Sequence record: SRR2962707_1815
Reading direction: 5' to 3' (one strand)
Length of the DNA: 52,183 bases
Positions 9,812-20,092 of this stretch are shown piece after piece. How positions within the stretch are numbered: position 1 is the first letter of the stretch; every line of letters starts with the position of its first letter. The position numbers were made by a program, and so were the translations under genes. A model generated the notes under the pieces. It saw only the letters and a list, made by a program, of their open reading frames with translations, was not told the DNA's origin and made no database searches.

Positions 9812-9848
9812 AAAAGGCCGTCATTCTACACTAGAATGACGGCCTTTT
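9812..9848. terminator. Bidirectional intrinsic terminator (AKR / pycB)
   Basis: AAAAGGCCGTCATTCTA-CAC-TAGAATGACGGCCTTTT, 17 bp stem. Confidence 0.85.
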
Positions 9849-9924
9849 AAGTCAACCAAAATAGGCGTCTCAAACAAGATCGAGGTCAACCTATTCGGTT
9901 TGAGGAAGCATAATCCAGCGCTTC

Positions 9925-11736
9925 CTAGACAATTTCAATCAGCATCTCGCCTGGCGTTACTCGATCACCCTTAGCCACGCAAACGGATTTCACCGTACCC
10001 GCGACATTGGCGTGCACTTCGGTTTCCATTTTCATCGCCTCTGTTATCAATACCGCTTGGCCTGCTGTTACGGTATCGCCTTCGGCGACCAACACATCAA
10101 TGATGTTTCCTGGCATAGCGGCGCTAACATGACCAGGCTCCGTTGCTTTCGAGCGGCCGCTGCCGCCTTCAGAAACGTACTCATTCAAAGATTCAAAGAC
10201 AACTTCTTCAGGCATGCCATCAAGAGACAAATACAGCTTGCGCTTGCCCGCACCAAAGTCACCCACACCGGTAATTTCAACGTCATAAACTTCGCCATGC
10301 ACATCAATCTTAAACTCGGTGGCCAAACCACCCGACGCAGCAGCACTGCCCGCTTGTTCAGGCGGCAATAAGGCTTCTGGCGCTAATGTGCCATCGGCAC
10401 GCTGCTGTAAAAATTCACGACCTAGCTCTGGGAACATAGCGTACGTCAGTACGTCTTCTTCTGTTTTCGCCAGTTCACCAATGTCTTGGCGCAACTTGTA
10501 CAACTCTGGAGCTAATGAATCCGCTGGGCGGTTTTCATTCACGCTTTCGTTGCCCACTGCTTTCTTCTGTACTTCAGCATTGACGGCGGCTGGCGGTTGA
10601 CCGTATCCCCCCAACAAATAGCGTTTCACTTCATTTGTGATGGTTTTATAACGCTGACCAGCCAATACGTTGTATACAGCTTGAGTGCCTACGATTTGTG
10701 ATGTTGGTGTCACCAATGGCGGGAAACCAAGGTCTTCGCGGACTCGAGGGATTTCGGCAAACACATCACGGATTTTATCCAGTGCGTTTTGCTCTTTCAG
10801 CTGATTCGCCAAGTTAGACATCATGCCGCCTGGCACTTGGTTGATCTGTACCGACACGTCTTCACGCGTAAATTCACTTTCAAATTGATGGTACTTTTTA
10901 CGCACTTCACGAAAGTAATCTGCAATCTCTGACAACAACGTTAGATCCAAACCGGTGTCGTATTCTGTGCCTTTCAATGCCGCAACTTGAGATTCTGTCG
11001 CTGGGTGACTGGTGCCACCAGCAAAAGAAGAAATCGCGGTGTCGATGCGATCCGCACCCGCTTCAATCGCTTTTAATTGGCACAAGGGCGCCAAACCAGA
11101 AGTGGAATGACCGTGTACCGCTAGCGGTAAATCGACCGCCGCTTTAATCGCTTTGACCAAATCGTACGTCGCATAAGGCGTCAATAACCCCGCCATGTCT
11201 TTAATCGCAATCGAGTCCGCGCCCATGGCTTGCATGGCTTTCGCTTGCTCAACAAACAATTCAGCATTATGCACAGGGCTCGTGGTATAGCAGATGGTAC
11301 CTTGTGCGTGCTTGCCGGCTTTTTTAACCGCTTTCATTGCGGTTTCGATATTACGCAAATCATTCAATGCATCAAATACACGGAAAACATCGACCCCATT
11401 ATCAGCCGCTTTTTGGACAAAAGCTTCTACTACGTCATCCGCATAATGGCGATAGCCCAATAAATTTTGACCGCGCAGCAACATTTGCAAACGAGTGTTC
11501 GGCAACGCTTCTTTTAGTTGGCGTAAACGCTCCCATGGATCTTCTTTTAAAAATCGAACGCAGGCATCAAAAGTAGCACCACCCCAAACTTCTAAAGACC
11601 AAAAGCCAACCTTATCGAGCTTCTCACAAATGGGCAGCATGTCTTCGGTACGCATCCGTGTAGCAATAAGTGATTGATGCGCATCACGCAGAGTAACGTC
11701 CGTGATTTCTACTTTTGTTTTGTTAATTTGACTCAT
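9925..11736 (-). CDS. pycB: Pyruvate carboxylase subunit B (carboxyltransferase plus biotin carrier; OadA-like)
   Basis: LRDAHQS, WGGATFD, IKDMAG, PPLVTPTSQ and biotinylation EAMKM motifs; paired with a biotin carboxylase. Confidence 0.9.
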   Translation of the reverse strand: MSQINKTKVEITDVTLRDAHQSLIATRMRTEDMLPICEKLDKVGFWSLEVWGGATFDACVRFLKEDPWERLRQLKEALPNTRLQMLLRGQNLLGYRHYADDVVEAFVQKAADNGVDVFRVFDALNDLRNIETAMKAVKKAGKHAQGTICYTTSPVHNAELFVEQAKAMQAMGADSIAIKDMAGLLTPYATYDLVKAIKAAVDLPLAVHGHSTSGLAPLCQLKAIEAGADRIDTAISSFAGGTSHPATESQVAALKGTEYDTGLDLTLLSEIADYFREVRKKYHQFESEFTREDVSVQINQVPGGMMSNLANQLKEQNALDKIRDVFAEIPRVREDLGFPPLVTPTSQIVGTQAVYNVLAGQRYKTITNEVKRYLLGGYGQPPAAVNAEVQKKAVGNESVNENRPADSLAPELYKLRQDIGELAKTEEDVLTYAMFPELGREFLQQRADGTLAPEALLPPEQAGSAAASGGLATEFKIDVHGEVYDVEITGVGDFGAGKRKLYLSLDGMPEEVVFESLNEYVSEGGSGRSKATEPGHVSAAMPGNIIDVLVAEGDTVTAGQAVLITEAMKMETEVHANVAGTVKSVCVAKGDRVTPGEMLIEIV

Positions 11737-11754
11737 GTTCCTTCCTCCTGCGGA

Positions 11755-13170
11755 TTATCGACCAAGGTGTGCGGCAAGGGCCGCGGCTAATACAAGCGCA
11801 ATATCACTTGGATGGCGTTTTACGGAATAATTTAATAGTTCTGGATGCGCGGGCACAAAGCTCGTGTTGAACTCACCTTTAATGAAATCTGGGTGTTTTA
11901 AAATTTCTTGGTAATAGTTGGCTGTGGTCTTAATGCCATGCAAACGCATGTCATCGATGGCACGACGACCACGAGCAATCATTTCTTCCCAAGTGAGAGC
12001 CCAAACCACCAGCTTCAAACACATGGAATCAAAGTACGGTGGAATTTCATAACCGGTATAAATCGCGGTATCCACTCGAACCCCAGGACCACCTGGCGCG
12101 TAATAATGGGTAATTCGTCCAAAGCTTGGCAAAAAGTCATTTTTAGGGTCTTCGGCATTGATCCGAAACTGCATCGCATACCCTGTGTAGCTGATGTCTT
12201 CTTGGCGAAAACTTAGCGTTAAACCAGAGGCAATACGCAATTGCTCACGCACAATGTCCACACCGGTGATTTGCTCAGTAATGGTGTGCTCTACCTGAAC
12301 ACGAGTGTTCATTTCCATAAAGTAGATTTCATTGCCCGATAGCAAAAATTCAACGGTACCAGCGTTTTCATACCCCACCGCTTGGGCAGCGGTAACCGCA
12401 AGATTACCAATGTATTGTCGCTGCTCTGGGGTCAATTGTGGACTAGGCGCAATCTCAATCAGTTTCTGATTACGTCGCTGAATAGAACAGTCACGCTCAT
12501 AAAGGTGAATCACATTGCCTTGAGAGTCGGCCAAAATTTGCACTTCGATATGGCAAGGGTCAACAATGCATTTCTCAAGAAAAACTTCAGCAGAACCAAA
12601 CGCTTTGGTGGCTTCAGAAATAACTCGAGGGTATTGGCTAATCAGTTCTTCTGGTGAGTCACAACGGCGAATACCGCGACCACCACCACCTGATGTGGCT
12701 TTAATCATCACCGGGTAACCAAATTTACCCGCAAGTGATAACGCCTCATCAAGGTCTTTTAAATTTCCTTCCGAGCCAGGAGTAACCGGAACGCCCGCTG
12801 CACGCATGCTATCGCGTGCTTGGGTTTTATCCCCCATTTTGTTGATCACACTGGATTTAGGCCCGATAAACACTATGCCTTTTTGCTCACACAACTCGGC
12901 GAAATGTGCATTCTCAGATAAGAAACCATAACCTGGATGGATCGCATCACAGCCAGTTTCTACCGCTAAATTGACGATGCGTAGAGGATCCAAATAACCA
13001 GCGAGAGGGTCATCGCCTAATGAATAGGATTCATCCGCGCGCTTAACATGCAATGCATAACGATCCGGCTCGGTGAAAATAGCCACTGAGCGAATATCAG
13101 ACTCTGAACATGCACGTATAATACGAACCGCGATCTCACCACGGTTAGCGATCAACACTTTCTTTAACAT
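11755..13170 (-). CDS. pycA: Pyruvate carboxylase subunit A (biotin carboxylase)
   Basis: IANRGEIAVR, HPGYGFLSEN, GGGGRG, ERDCSIQRR, EMNTRVQVEH and RINAEDP motifs. Confidence 0.92.
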   Translation of the reverse strand: MLKKVLIANRGEIAVRIIRACSESDIRSVAIFTEPDRYALHVKRADESYSLGDDPLAGYLDPLRIVNLAVETGCDAIHPGYGFLSENAHFAELCEQKGIVFIGPKSSVINKMGDKTQARDSMRAAGVPVTPGSEGNLKDLDEALSLAGKFGYPVMIKATSGGGGRGIRRCDSPEELISQYPRVISEATKAFGSAEVFLEKCIVDPCHIEVQILADSQGNVIHLYERDCSIQRRNQKLIEIAPSPQLTPEQRQYIGNLAVTAAQAVGYENAGTVEFLLSGNEIYFMEMNTRVQVEHTITEQITGVDIVREQLRIASGLTLSFRQEDISYTGYAMQFRINAEDPKNDFLPSFGRITHYYAPGGPGVRVDTAIYTGYEIPPYFDSMCLKLVVWALTWEEMIARGRRAIDDMRLHGIKTTANYYQEILKHPDFIKGEFNTSFVPAHPELLNYSVKRHPSDIALVLAAALAAHLGR

Positions 13171-13291
13171 GGGTCACTCCTTAACTTGGTGAACATTTAG
13201 CCTACTCAAAGAAATACAAAAGTAAAAATTGATATTTCAAAGGTTATCTATAAGGTATACGTGATGGATAAAAAGAAAAATAGGAAGAAAA

Positions 13292-14245
13292 ATGTCATCG
13301 TCCGTTCAAAATATAGCCAATCGATTAACATTTAGGCAGCTTCAGGTTTTCAATAGCGTTTATGAGCTCAGCAGCTACAGTCGTGCTGGTGACATGCTTG
13401 GCTTGAGCCAACCTGCGGTCAGCAACCAAATTCGCCAATTAGAACAAACGATCGAGCAGCCTTTATTCGAATATGTTGGTCGCCAACTGTACAGCACCGC
13501 CATCGCCAAACGCTTAGCCGAGTGTACATTTGCGGTCTTTAATGAAGTACAACGCTTTCAAAATGACTTGGCCGCTGAAACCGGTTTAGTCTCAGGGGAA
13601 TTGAAATTGGTCGCCGTCAGCACAGCACAATACATAGTGCCGTACTTACTGAAAGCCTACAGCAGCCTAAACCCAAATGTGACCATTTCTCTCGATGTGG
13701 TTAACCGAACTCAAGCCATTGAGCGACTCGAAAAGAACCGCGCTGAATTGACGATTATGGGCATGGTGCCAAACGATAAGCCCATGCTGAGTATTCCTTT
13801 TTTGGGCAACGAAATGATTGCTGTTGTGCCTAAAAACCATCCATTACTAGAGCACAAAAATGACGTCACCTTGGCACTCTTTTTAGAGCACACATTGCTG
13901 TTGAGGGAGCTTGGGTCGGGCAGCCGTTTGGCGTTGGAATTGCACTGTCAGAAACAGCGAGTGCGTTTTCAAAATAAAATGATTATGGGCTCAAACGATG
14001 CCATCAAACACTCGGTTATTGCCGGCTTAGGCGTAGCGGTATTACCACGTTTAGGGGTGCTCTCTGAGTTAGCCTTAGGCACCCTAGTAGAGCTGCCAAT
14101 TAAAGATTTCCCCTTACGCCGGTCTTGGTGTTTGGTCAGCCCTCAAGGTCAGCACCCAACACCAACCATGCGCTCTTTTATTGATTATGTGCAGCAGAAC
14201 ATTGGTCAATTTGAAGCCATGTTCCAACGCCTGATGAGTCAATAA
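13292..14245 (+). CDS. pycR: LysR-family regulator divergent from pycAB (PycR-like)
   Basis: LysR HTH, CbbR-like REXGSG motif; divergent arrangement as known for Pseudomonas pycR-pycAB. Confidence 0.8.
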   Translation: MSSSVQNIANRLTFRQLQVFNSVYELSSYSRAGDMLGLSQPAVSNQIRQLEQTIEQPLFEYVGRQLYSTAIAKRLAECTFAVFNEVQRFQNDLAAETGLVSGELKLVAVSTAQYIVPYLLKAYSSLNPNVTISLDVVNRTQAIERLEKNRAELTIMGMVPNDKPMLSIPFLGNEMIAVVPKNHPLLEHKNDVTLALFLEHTLLLRELGSGSRLALELHCQKQRVRFQNKMIMGSNDAIKHSVIAGLGVAVLPRLGVLSELALGTLVELPIKDFPLRRSWCLVSPQGQHPTPTMRSFIDYVQQNIGQFEAMFQRLMSQ

Positions 14246-15144
14246 CCAGACGCCAAATCCATCGACCACAAATGCGCGCCAACCAAGGCTCGCCATGGTG
14301 AATAGTCGGCCAACCATTGCTCGGTCGCCTTAGCGTCTAACGGCGCTGGCGATTTGAGCAAAGCGGATAAATTTCGGCGTACTGCAACATCCCCATGCAG
14401 AGAACCATCAAGCCAACTAAACCCTCGTAATAGTCCATAACTGACCGTCCAAGGACCAATGCCTTTCAGCGCCAGCAGCTGCTCGGTTAATGCGTTTATC
14501 GAGTGTCGATCCGTTCGCTGTGGCCACACCAACTTTCCCTGACAAATTTGTTCAGATAAAAGCAACAAGCTGGCCGCTTTGGTTTTCGAAAAGCCCGTCG
14601 CTTGTAACGCCTCTGGAGGGATATTTTGTAGCGACTCTGCCGTCGGATAACACAAGAGCCCACTTGGATGAGCCACACCAAATGCCTGAATAAAACGGCG
14701 ACGTATTGAGATGGCCGCATTAACACTGATTTGCTGACCAATAATCGCCCAACTAAAGGCTTCAAATGGTGACGCGCTTTGCGGAATACGCAGCCCTTTT
14801 TGCTGTTTAACCAAAGCGGAAAATGGCGTATTTTTCGCCATACAGACGGCTTCAAATTCGTCAATATTCTGATCCAGTCCCAGCATATGATCCGCCAATA
14901 TAGACACTTCATCGGCGTCAATACTCGCATCCTCACCCACGCAGTCTAGGGTGACAGCCACGCTCTCGGTTTCACAGAAATCAAACCTAATTAGCGCAGG
15001 AATAGAATGCCAAAAAATCCCTTTTTCAATGACATTTTCCATACACCGCTCTGCGACTGAGTCTTTATCACGGCGATGAAAAGCCAAAAAATCTTGACGA
15101 TGAAAATGGCTTGGAAGCGGTCTAATCAGTGTCGCGGTTGTCAT
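14239..15144 (-). CDS. alkA: DNA-3-methyladenine glycosylase II (AlkA family)
   Basis: AIIGQQISV, HhH motif LLALKGIGPWT, GDVAVRR and SPWR motifs; downstream of ada. Confidence 0.88.
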   Translation of the reverse strand: MTTATLIRPLPSHFHRQDFLAFHRRDKDSVAERCMENVIEKGIFWHSIPALIRFDFCETESVAVTLDCVGEDASIDADEVSILADHMLGLDQNIDEFEAVCMAKNTPFSALVKQQKGLRIPQSASPFEAFSWAIIGQQISVNAAISIRRRFIQAFGVAHPSGLLCYPTAESLQNIPPEALQATGFSKTKAASLLLLSEQICQGKLVWPQRTDRHSINALTEQLLALKGIGPWTVSYGLLRGFSWLDGSLHGDVAVRRNLSALLKSPAPLDAKATEQWLADYSPWRALVGAHLWSMDLASGY

Positions 15145-15152
15145 AATATTCC

Positions 15153-16268
15153 TTAATAACGGGATTCGCGTTCTAACAAGGCTTTTTTACGTGCCAGCCC
15201 CCAGCGATAACCCGCCAACAAGCCCCCTTTGCGAAGTACTCGGTGACAAGGAATCAACAAAGCAATCTTATTCGCGGCACACGCGGTGGCAACCGCTCGC
15301 ACAGAGTTTGGCTTGCCTATTAATTCGGCCACCTCACTATAGGTACGAGTTTCTCCTCGTGGAATCGTTCGCAATGCTTGCCAAACCTGTTGCTGAAAAA
15401 GCGTCCCTTGGGTATCTAGTGGCAAACTACTGGCTTCCCACGAAGCCGAATTCACCTGCTTAATCACCGCCGAGAACCAGCCTTTCCACCCCCCAGTATC
15501 CTGGTCTTGTTGTGTGGATAGGGTACTGACATCCAATAAATTCGCCGCAGAAAACTGAGTGGTAAATTCTGCCAGCAATGCTTCTTCATCGTCTCCTAAA
15601 CTCACGGCACACAGCCCTTTTTCGGTGGCGGCCATCAAACAAAACCCTAACGAAGTGGAAACCAACTGATAGTGTATTTCTTGCTCTGAGGTCATTGTTT
15701 TTCCTGTTTTTATGTCTGCTCTTGGTTGTGCGGCTTTAGTTGCCGTCAAGATGCCCATTTTTTTCACCTCGGAATAATAATGGCTGGTAGAGGCAAAACC
15801 TGCTTGATGGGCTGCTTGCGTAATGGATTGCGGCGCTGACAATGCCTTTTGCACTCGCTGTATTCTAATCTGACGTGAATAGGCTTTGGGACTCATCCCC
15901 ATTTCGGCTTTGAATACGCGCTGCAAATACGCAGGACTCCAGCCAACGGAACGAGACAATTGATCTAAAGTCGGCGACGATTCTGCTGTCTCAATCATAC
16001 GACACATGGCGCTGACCTTCTGATGGATCAAAGACCCCTCTTCATTGGAGTCTGGCCGACATCGCTTACAAGCTCGAAACCCCGCTTCAATGGCACTCGC
16101 CGTGCTATCAAAAAAACGCACATTCTCAATTAACGGCTGACGAGATGCACAATCAGGGCGGCAATAAATACCCGTCGATAGCACACCATAAAAAAAATGC
16201 CCGACCGCCTGTGAATCTCGGCGGCGAATGGCTTGGTACCTTGCTTGAAAAGTCGGATAGCTCTGCAT
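15153..16268 (-). CDS. ada: Bifunctional transcriptional activator / O6-methylguanine-DNA methyltransferase Ada
   Basis: Zn site TGIYCRPDC...GFRACKRC, AraC HTH and PCHRV active site. Start ATG 16268 chosen from the upstream GAGG. Confidence 0.93.
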   Translation of the reverse strand: MQSYPTFQARYQAIRRRDSQAVGHFFYGVLSTGIYCRPDCASRQPLIENVRFFDSTASAIEAGFRACKRCRPDSNEEGSLIHQKVSAMCRMIETAESSPTLDQLSRSVGWSPAYLQRVFKAEMGMSPKAYSRQIRIQRVQKALSAPQSITQAAHQAGFASTSHYYSEVKKMGILTATKAAQPRADIKTGKTMTSEQEIHYQLVSTSLGFCLMAATEKGLCAVSLGDDEEALLAEFTTQFSAANLLDVSTLSTQQDQDTGGWKGWFSAVIKQVNSASWEASSLPLDTQGTLFQQQVWQALRTIPRGETRTYSEVAELIGKPNSVRAVATACAANKIALLIPCHRVLRKGGLLAGYRWGLARKKALLERESRY

Positions 16269-16350
16269 GGGATGGTTATGCCTCACTCTCATTCTGCGCC
16301 ACATAGGTCTACCAGCATAAAGGCTTCTTTTTGGCTCAGCACTCTAAATC

Positions 16351-16363
16351 TTGCTTTGTAATT
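16351..16363 (-). promoter_or_regulatory. Ada box (AAT-N6-GCAA)
   Basis: Minus strand AAT-TACAAA-GCAA upstream of ada; matches the A-box/B-box consensus. Confidence 0.7.
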
Positions 16364-16560
16364 ATAAGTAACAAAAAAGTGACCAAAACCGGTGACTTTG
16401 TCATTTTTGAATGAGAATTTCTTTTTTTTGTCACCTTTTTAAACAAAAAAACAGCATCAATCACGCTGAATGTTTTTTATACTAGCCAAATCACTGTAGG
16501 AATTAGCCTACAAGAAAAAGTTATAAAACCTTACCGTTAATAGAGATGAAAAGGACTATT

Positions 16561-17871
16561 ATGTTTTTTAAAAAAAGAGACAACACCGCCGCCCTTAAAG
16601 AGCAGGCCCTTGCGGAGTTGAATCACGCCTTTATCAGCTCACTACAGAAACACTGCGCTATTATTAGCTTCACCCCTGACGGTAAGATTCTAGAAGCCAA
16701 CCCTCTTTTTCTGAGTGCGACGGGTTATACGCTAGAAGAAATCCAGCACAGACACCACTCAATATTTTGTCTTGAAAGCCTAATCAAAGCGCCTGAATAC
16801 GCACTTTTCTGGCAAAATTTGGCCGCGGGAAAAAGCCAAAAAGGCACCTTTCAGCGGAGACGCAAAGACGGCTCAGATCTTTGGTTAGAGGCGACTTATG
16901 TGCCCATCGAATTGGATGGAAAAGTCGTTAAAATCATCAAAACAGCCAATGACATTACCAAAGAAAAAAGCCAAGCAGACAAGCAAAAAGCCGTTTATAA
17001 AGCCATTGATCGATCTTCAGCCCTCATTGAGTTTTCTCCTGACGGTATCATTCAGTACGCGAATAAAAACTTTTTAAAAACCATGGGATACAGCGCTAAG
17101 CAAGAAGTCATAGGCAAGCATCACAGCATGTTCTGCCTTGACGAATTTTACGCATCCAATCCAAATTTTTGGCAACAACTTGCGGCGGGCGAATTTAAGA
17201 CAGGTCAATTTTTACGCATTGATAAACAGGGTAATAAAGTGTGGTTAGAAGCCAGCTACAACCCCATCTTTGATGATCAAAATAAGGTAATTAAGGTGGT
17301 AAAATTAGCCTCTGACATTACCGATCGGGTGTTGACCCAAATGGCAATACAGAGCGCAGCTGAAGTCGCTTATAGCACCTCCACCCAAACCGCTAAAGTA
17401 TCTGAAAATGGCGTTCATATTTTACAGAATACGGTTAACACGTCGGATAAAATCATCACCGAAATCAACCAGTCTACGGACTTAATTGAGCAACTAAACA
17501 AGCAATCAGAGAACATAGCCAAGATAGTCACGACCATTGCCTCAATCGCTGATCAAACTAACTTATTGGCACTGAATGCTGCGATTGAAGCCGCGCGAGC
17601 CGGTGAGCATGGACGAGGATTTGCCGTGGTTGCCGATGAAGTCAGGACACTTGCTTCGCGAACCAGTACGTCTACCGTTGAAATAGAAGCCATGGTCGCA
17701 CAAAACAGCGAGCTTACCCGTAAAGCGAAAAATAGCATGGGGAGCATTCGAAGTTATTCTAGCGAGAGTGCCGAGCTAATTAGCCAAGCATCAGATATTA
17801 TTGATGAAATTTTGACTGGCGCTGAACATGTTTCAGAAACCGTTAATAAGCTACTGAAAAGCTCTAACTAA
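16561..17871 (+). CDS. Cytoplasmic PAS-PAS methyl-accepting chemotaxis protein (BdlA-like)
   Basis: Two PAS repeats (HHSIFC/HHSMFC, WLEATY/WLEASY), MCP core [20 protein letters not shown], no TM. AAGGA RBS favours ATG 16561. Confidence 0.9.
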   Translation: MFFKKRDNTAALKEQALAELNHAFISSLQKHCAIISFTPDGKILEANPLFLSATGYTLEEIQHRHHSIFCLESLIKAPEYALFWQNLAAGKSQKGTFQRRRKDGSDLWLEATYVPIELDGKVVKIIKTANDITKEKSQADKQKAVYKAIDRSSALIEFSPDGIIQYANKNFLKTMGYSAKQEVIGKHHSMFCLDEFYASNPNFWQQLAAGEFKTGQFLRIDKQGNKVWLEASYNPIFDDQNKVIKVVKLASDITDRVLTQMAIQSAAEVAYSTSTQTAKVSENGVHILQNTVNTSDKIITEINQSTDLIEQLNKQSENIAKIVTTIASIADQTNLLALNAAIEAARAGEHGRGFAVVADEVRTLASRTSTSTVEIEAMVAQNSELTRKAKNSMGSIRSYSSESAELISQASDIIDEILTGAEHVSETVNKLLKSSN

Positions 17872-17948
17872 TCGCCAAAGCAGGAGAACGAGGCTGTCGG
17901 CGTCTTTCCCCTGCTTATTCGTCTTTTTCTTAACAATGAAAGCCGTGC

Positions 17949-18803
17949 TTATTCTCGTACTGGCATCTCATGCTCAAGTAACAATAACCCCGCGCCGGTA
18001 TTTGAAATCGGAGCGTGGTAGTTACGATGAAGCTCTGTCACCTTGCCACGCAATACACCACGCATCGCAATCCACATATTCAGCTCAACCGTTTGTGCGC
18101 CGCCCTTCTTAACCAAATCCATGTTGGTGTACTGGGCCAATGCTTCTGGGTTGGTGACTAGGGTATCCATGCACTCCAGATCAAATTGACGATTTAACGT
18201 ACCTGCTGCTTCACCATCTAGTTGGTGAGACATACCACCAGTACCGAAAATAGCGACTTTTAAATCCCCATCATAAGACTCAATCGCCTTGCCGATGGCT
18301 TGGCCTAATGCATAGCAGCGCTTCGGTTGCGGCATTGGGTATTGCTCACAATTAATGCACACGGGAATCACTTTAACATGGCCGTAATCGTTGCCTGGCC
18401 ACATCAAACTCAGCGGCACCGTCAAACCATGATCCACCTTCATTTCTTGGCAAATGGTCATGTCAAAGCCATCGTCTACTAGGCTGTTGGCTATATGCCA
18501 AGACAGATCAGATTCACCGGTAACAGGAGGTATTGTGGCAATCCCCCAGCCCTCATCAGAGTTATGGTATTCATCGGCAACCCCCATCGCGAAGGTGGGT
18601 TTTTTATCAATAAAAAACTCCAATCCATGATCGTTATAGAACAACACAATGACATCTGGTTTTTTTTCGTTGAGCCATTTTCGAACCGGTGGGTAGCCAT
18701 CAAAAAAGGGCTTCCAGTAAGGCGTTTGCTCTTGCTTATTGGCCATTGCATTCGCAATCGCTGGAATATGAGAGGTGGTTACTGCCCCTATAATCGTTGC
18801 CAT
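17949..18803 (-). CDS. ligB: Protocatechuate 4,5-dioxygenase beta subunit
   Basis: TSHIPAI, YNDH, VDHGLTVPL and GTGGMSHQL motifs of class III extradiol dioxygenase. Confidence 0.9.
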   Translation of the reverse strand: MATIIGAVTTSHIPAIANAMANKQEQTPYWKPFFDGYPPVRKWLNEKKPDVIVLFYNDHGLEFFIDKKPTFAMGVADEYHNSDEGWGIATIPPVTGESDLSWHIANSLVDDGFDMTICQEMKVDHGLTVPLSLMWPGNDYGHVKVIPVCINCEQYPMPQPKRCYALGQAIGKAIESYDGDLKVAIFGTGGMSHQLDGEAAGTLNRQFDLECMDTLVTNPEALAQYTNMDLVKKGGAQTVELNMWIAMRGVLRGKVTELHRNYHAPISNTGAGLLLLEHEMPVRE

Positions 18804-19165
18804 TAGATTTCTCCCGATCCACGTTTTTCTAGCATTTCTTTAAACGCTTCAAGGCTTTGCCCACTTTGAATCGCACCAATATCCTGCATGTTTAACTTTA
18901 ATAGACCGGCAAACTTTGCCACGTAATAAATGCTGCCGCCTTCTTGCAACAAGCCAATAATATTACGCTCATGAATGGCTTTAATTTGCTTTTCATTCAG
19001 ACCAAATTTGGCGCAATAAGCATCAGGATCACGAATAAACTCATCCCGTGCAGATTGCTCGTTAAATGAAAAACACATTTTGTTTAAGCCATACCCTTTT
19101 TTTGCCATCTGACCATTAAACAGATAGGTGCCTGGTATCGGCTGACTTGGATCGTTTTGGGACAT
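18803..19165 (-). CDS. ligA: Protocatechuate 4,5-dioxygenase alpha subunit
   Basis: IPGTYLF, KGYGLNKMCFS and GGSIYYVAK motifs; TAATG stop/start coupling with ligB. Confidence 0.9.
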   Translation of the reverse strand: MSQNDPSQPIPGTYLFNGQMAKKGYGLNKMCFSFNEQSARDEFIRDPDAYCAKFGLNEKQIKAIHERNIIGLLQEGGSIYYVAKFAGLLKLNMQDIGAIQSGQSLEAFKEMLEKRGSGEI

Positions 19166-19213
19166 GACATAAACCTTTGTAGGTCTTACTGTGTCGTGAC
19201 ATTTTACCGGCCG

Positions 19214-20086
19214 CTAGGACCAGTAAAGTCGCATAGGATTGTCAACCAGCAAGGCTTTCTGCAGGTCTGCTGTCGGTGCGATATGTGGAATAACATCGAC
19301 CAAGTGACCATCGTCTGGCACATGCACCTTCATATTAGGATGAGGCCAATCTGTGCCCCACAAAACACGCTGCGGAAAAGCGTCTACCAGGGTACGGGCG
19401 AAGGGAACCACATCTGAATAATCTGGCGCATGAAGCGTTAAACGCTCAGGACAACTCACTTTACACCAGACATTATCATTCTCGGCCATAAAGTTAATAA
19501 AACGTTTAAAATCAGGATGATCCACCCCATTTTCTACGTTCGGCGTCCCCATGTGATCGACCACAATGGTGGTGTTCAATGCTTTTAAGAAAGGAATCAA
19601 CTCGGCTAAATCTGCGGCTTCAAAATACACCACAATATGCCAGCCAAATGGTCTGATTTTTTCAGCAATGGAGAAAAACACTTCTTTTGGCGTGCTGTCG
19701 ACTAGGCGTTTTACAAAGTTAAAACGCACCCCACGCACACCCGCAGCATGCATTTCTTTTAGCTCGTTTTCGGTAATAGAATCATCGACAAACGCCACGC
19801 CACGCGCCAGCTCACCAGCACTCGTTAAAGCATCAATTAGGGCTGAGTTATCCGTACTGTGGCACGATGCCTGGACAATCACATTACGTGAAAAACCAAG
19901 ATGATCGCGCAGCGCAAAGAGCTGCTCTTTCGAGGCATCGCAAGGTGTGTATTTGCGTTTCGGGTGGTAAGGAAATTTATCCGCTGGGCCAAAAACGTGA
20001 CAATGGGCGTCTACTGCACCGGCTGGCACAACAAAAGTGGGCTTGCTTGGCGCAGGGTGAAAAGGAAGATAATCTTTATCCATCAT
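19214..20086 (-). CDS. ligI: 2-pyrone-4,6-dicarboxylate lactonase (amidohydrolase family)
   Basis: DAHCHVFGP, RKYTPCDA, GVRFNFVKRLVD and WGTDWPHPN motifs. Confidence 0.92.
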   Translation of the reverse strand: MMDKDYLPFHPAPSKPTFVVPAGAVDAHCHVFGPADKFPYHPKRKYTPCDASKEQLFALRDHLGFSRNVIVQASCHSTDNSALIDALTSAGELARGVAFVDDSITENELKEMHAAGVRGVRFNFVKRLVDSTPKEVFFSIAEKIRPFGWHIVVYFEAADLAELIPFLKALNTTIVVDHMGTPNVENGVDHPDFKRFINFMAENDNVWCKVSCPERLTLHAPDYSDVVPFARTLVDAFPQRVLWGTDWPHPNMKVHVPDDGHLVDVIPHIAPTADLQKALLVDNPMRLYWS

Positions 20087-20092
20087 AAGTGC

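Noticed and set aside
9925-11736. Na+-pumping oxaloacetate decarboxylase alpha subunit (oadA)
   Set aside because: No oadB or oadG adjacent; pairing with a biotin carboxylase and divergent LysR indicates two-subunit pyruvate carboxylase.
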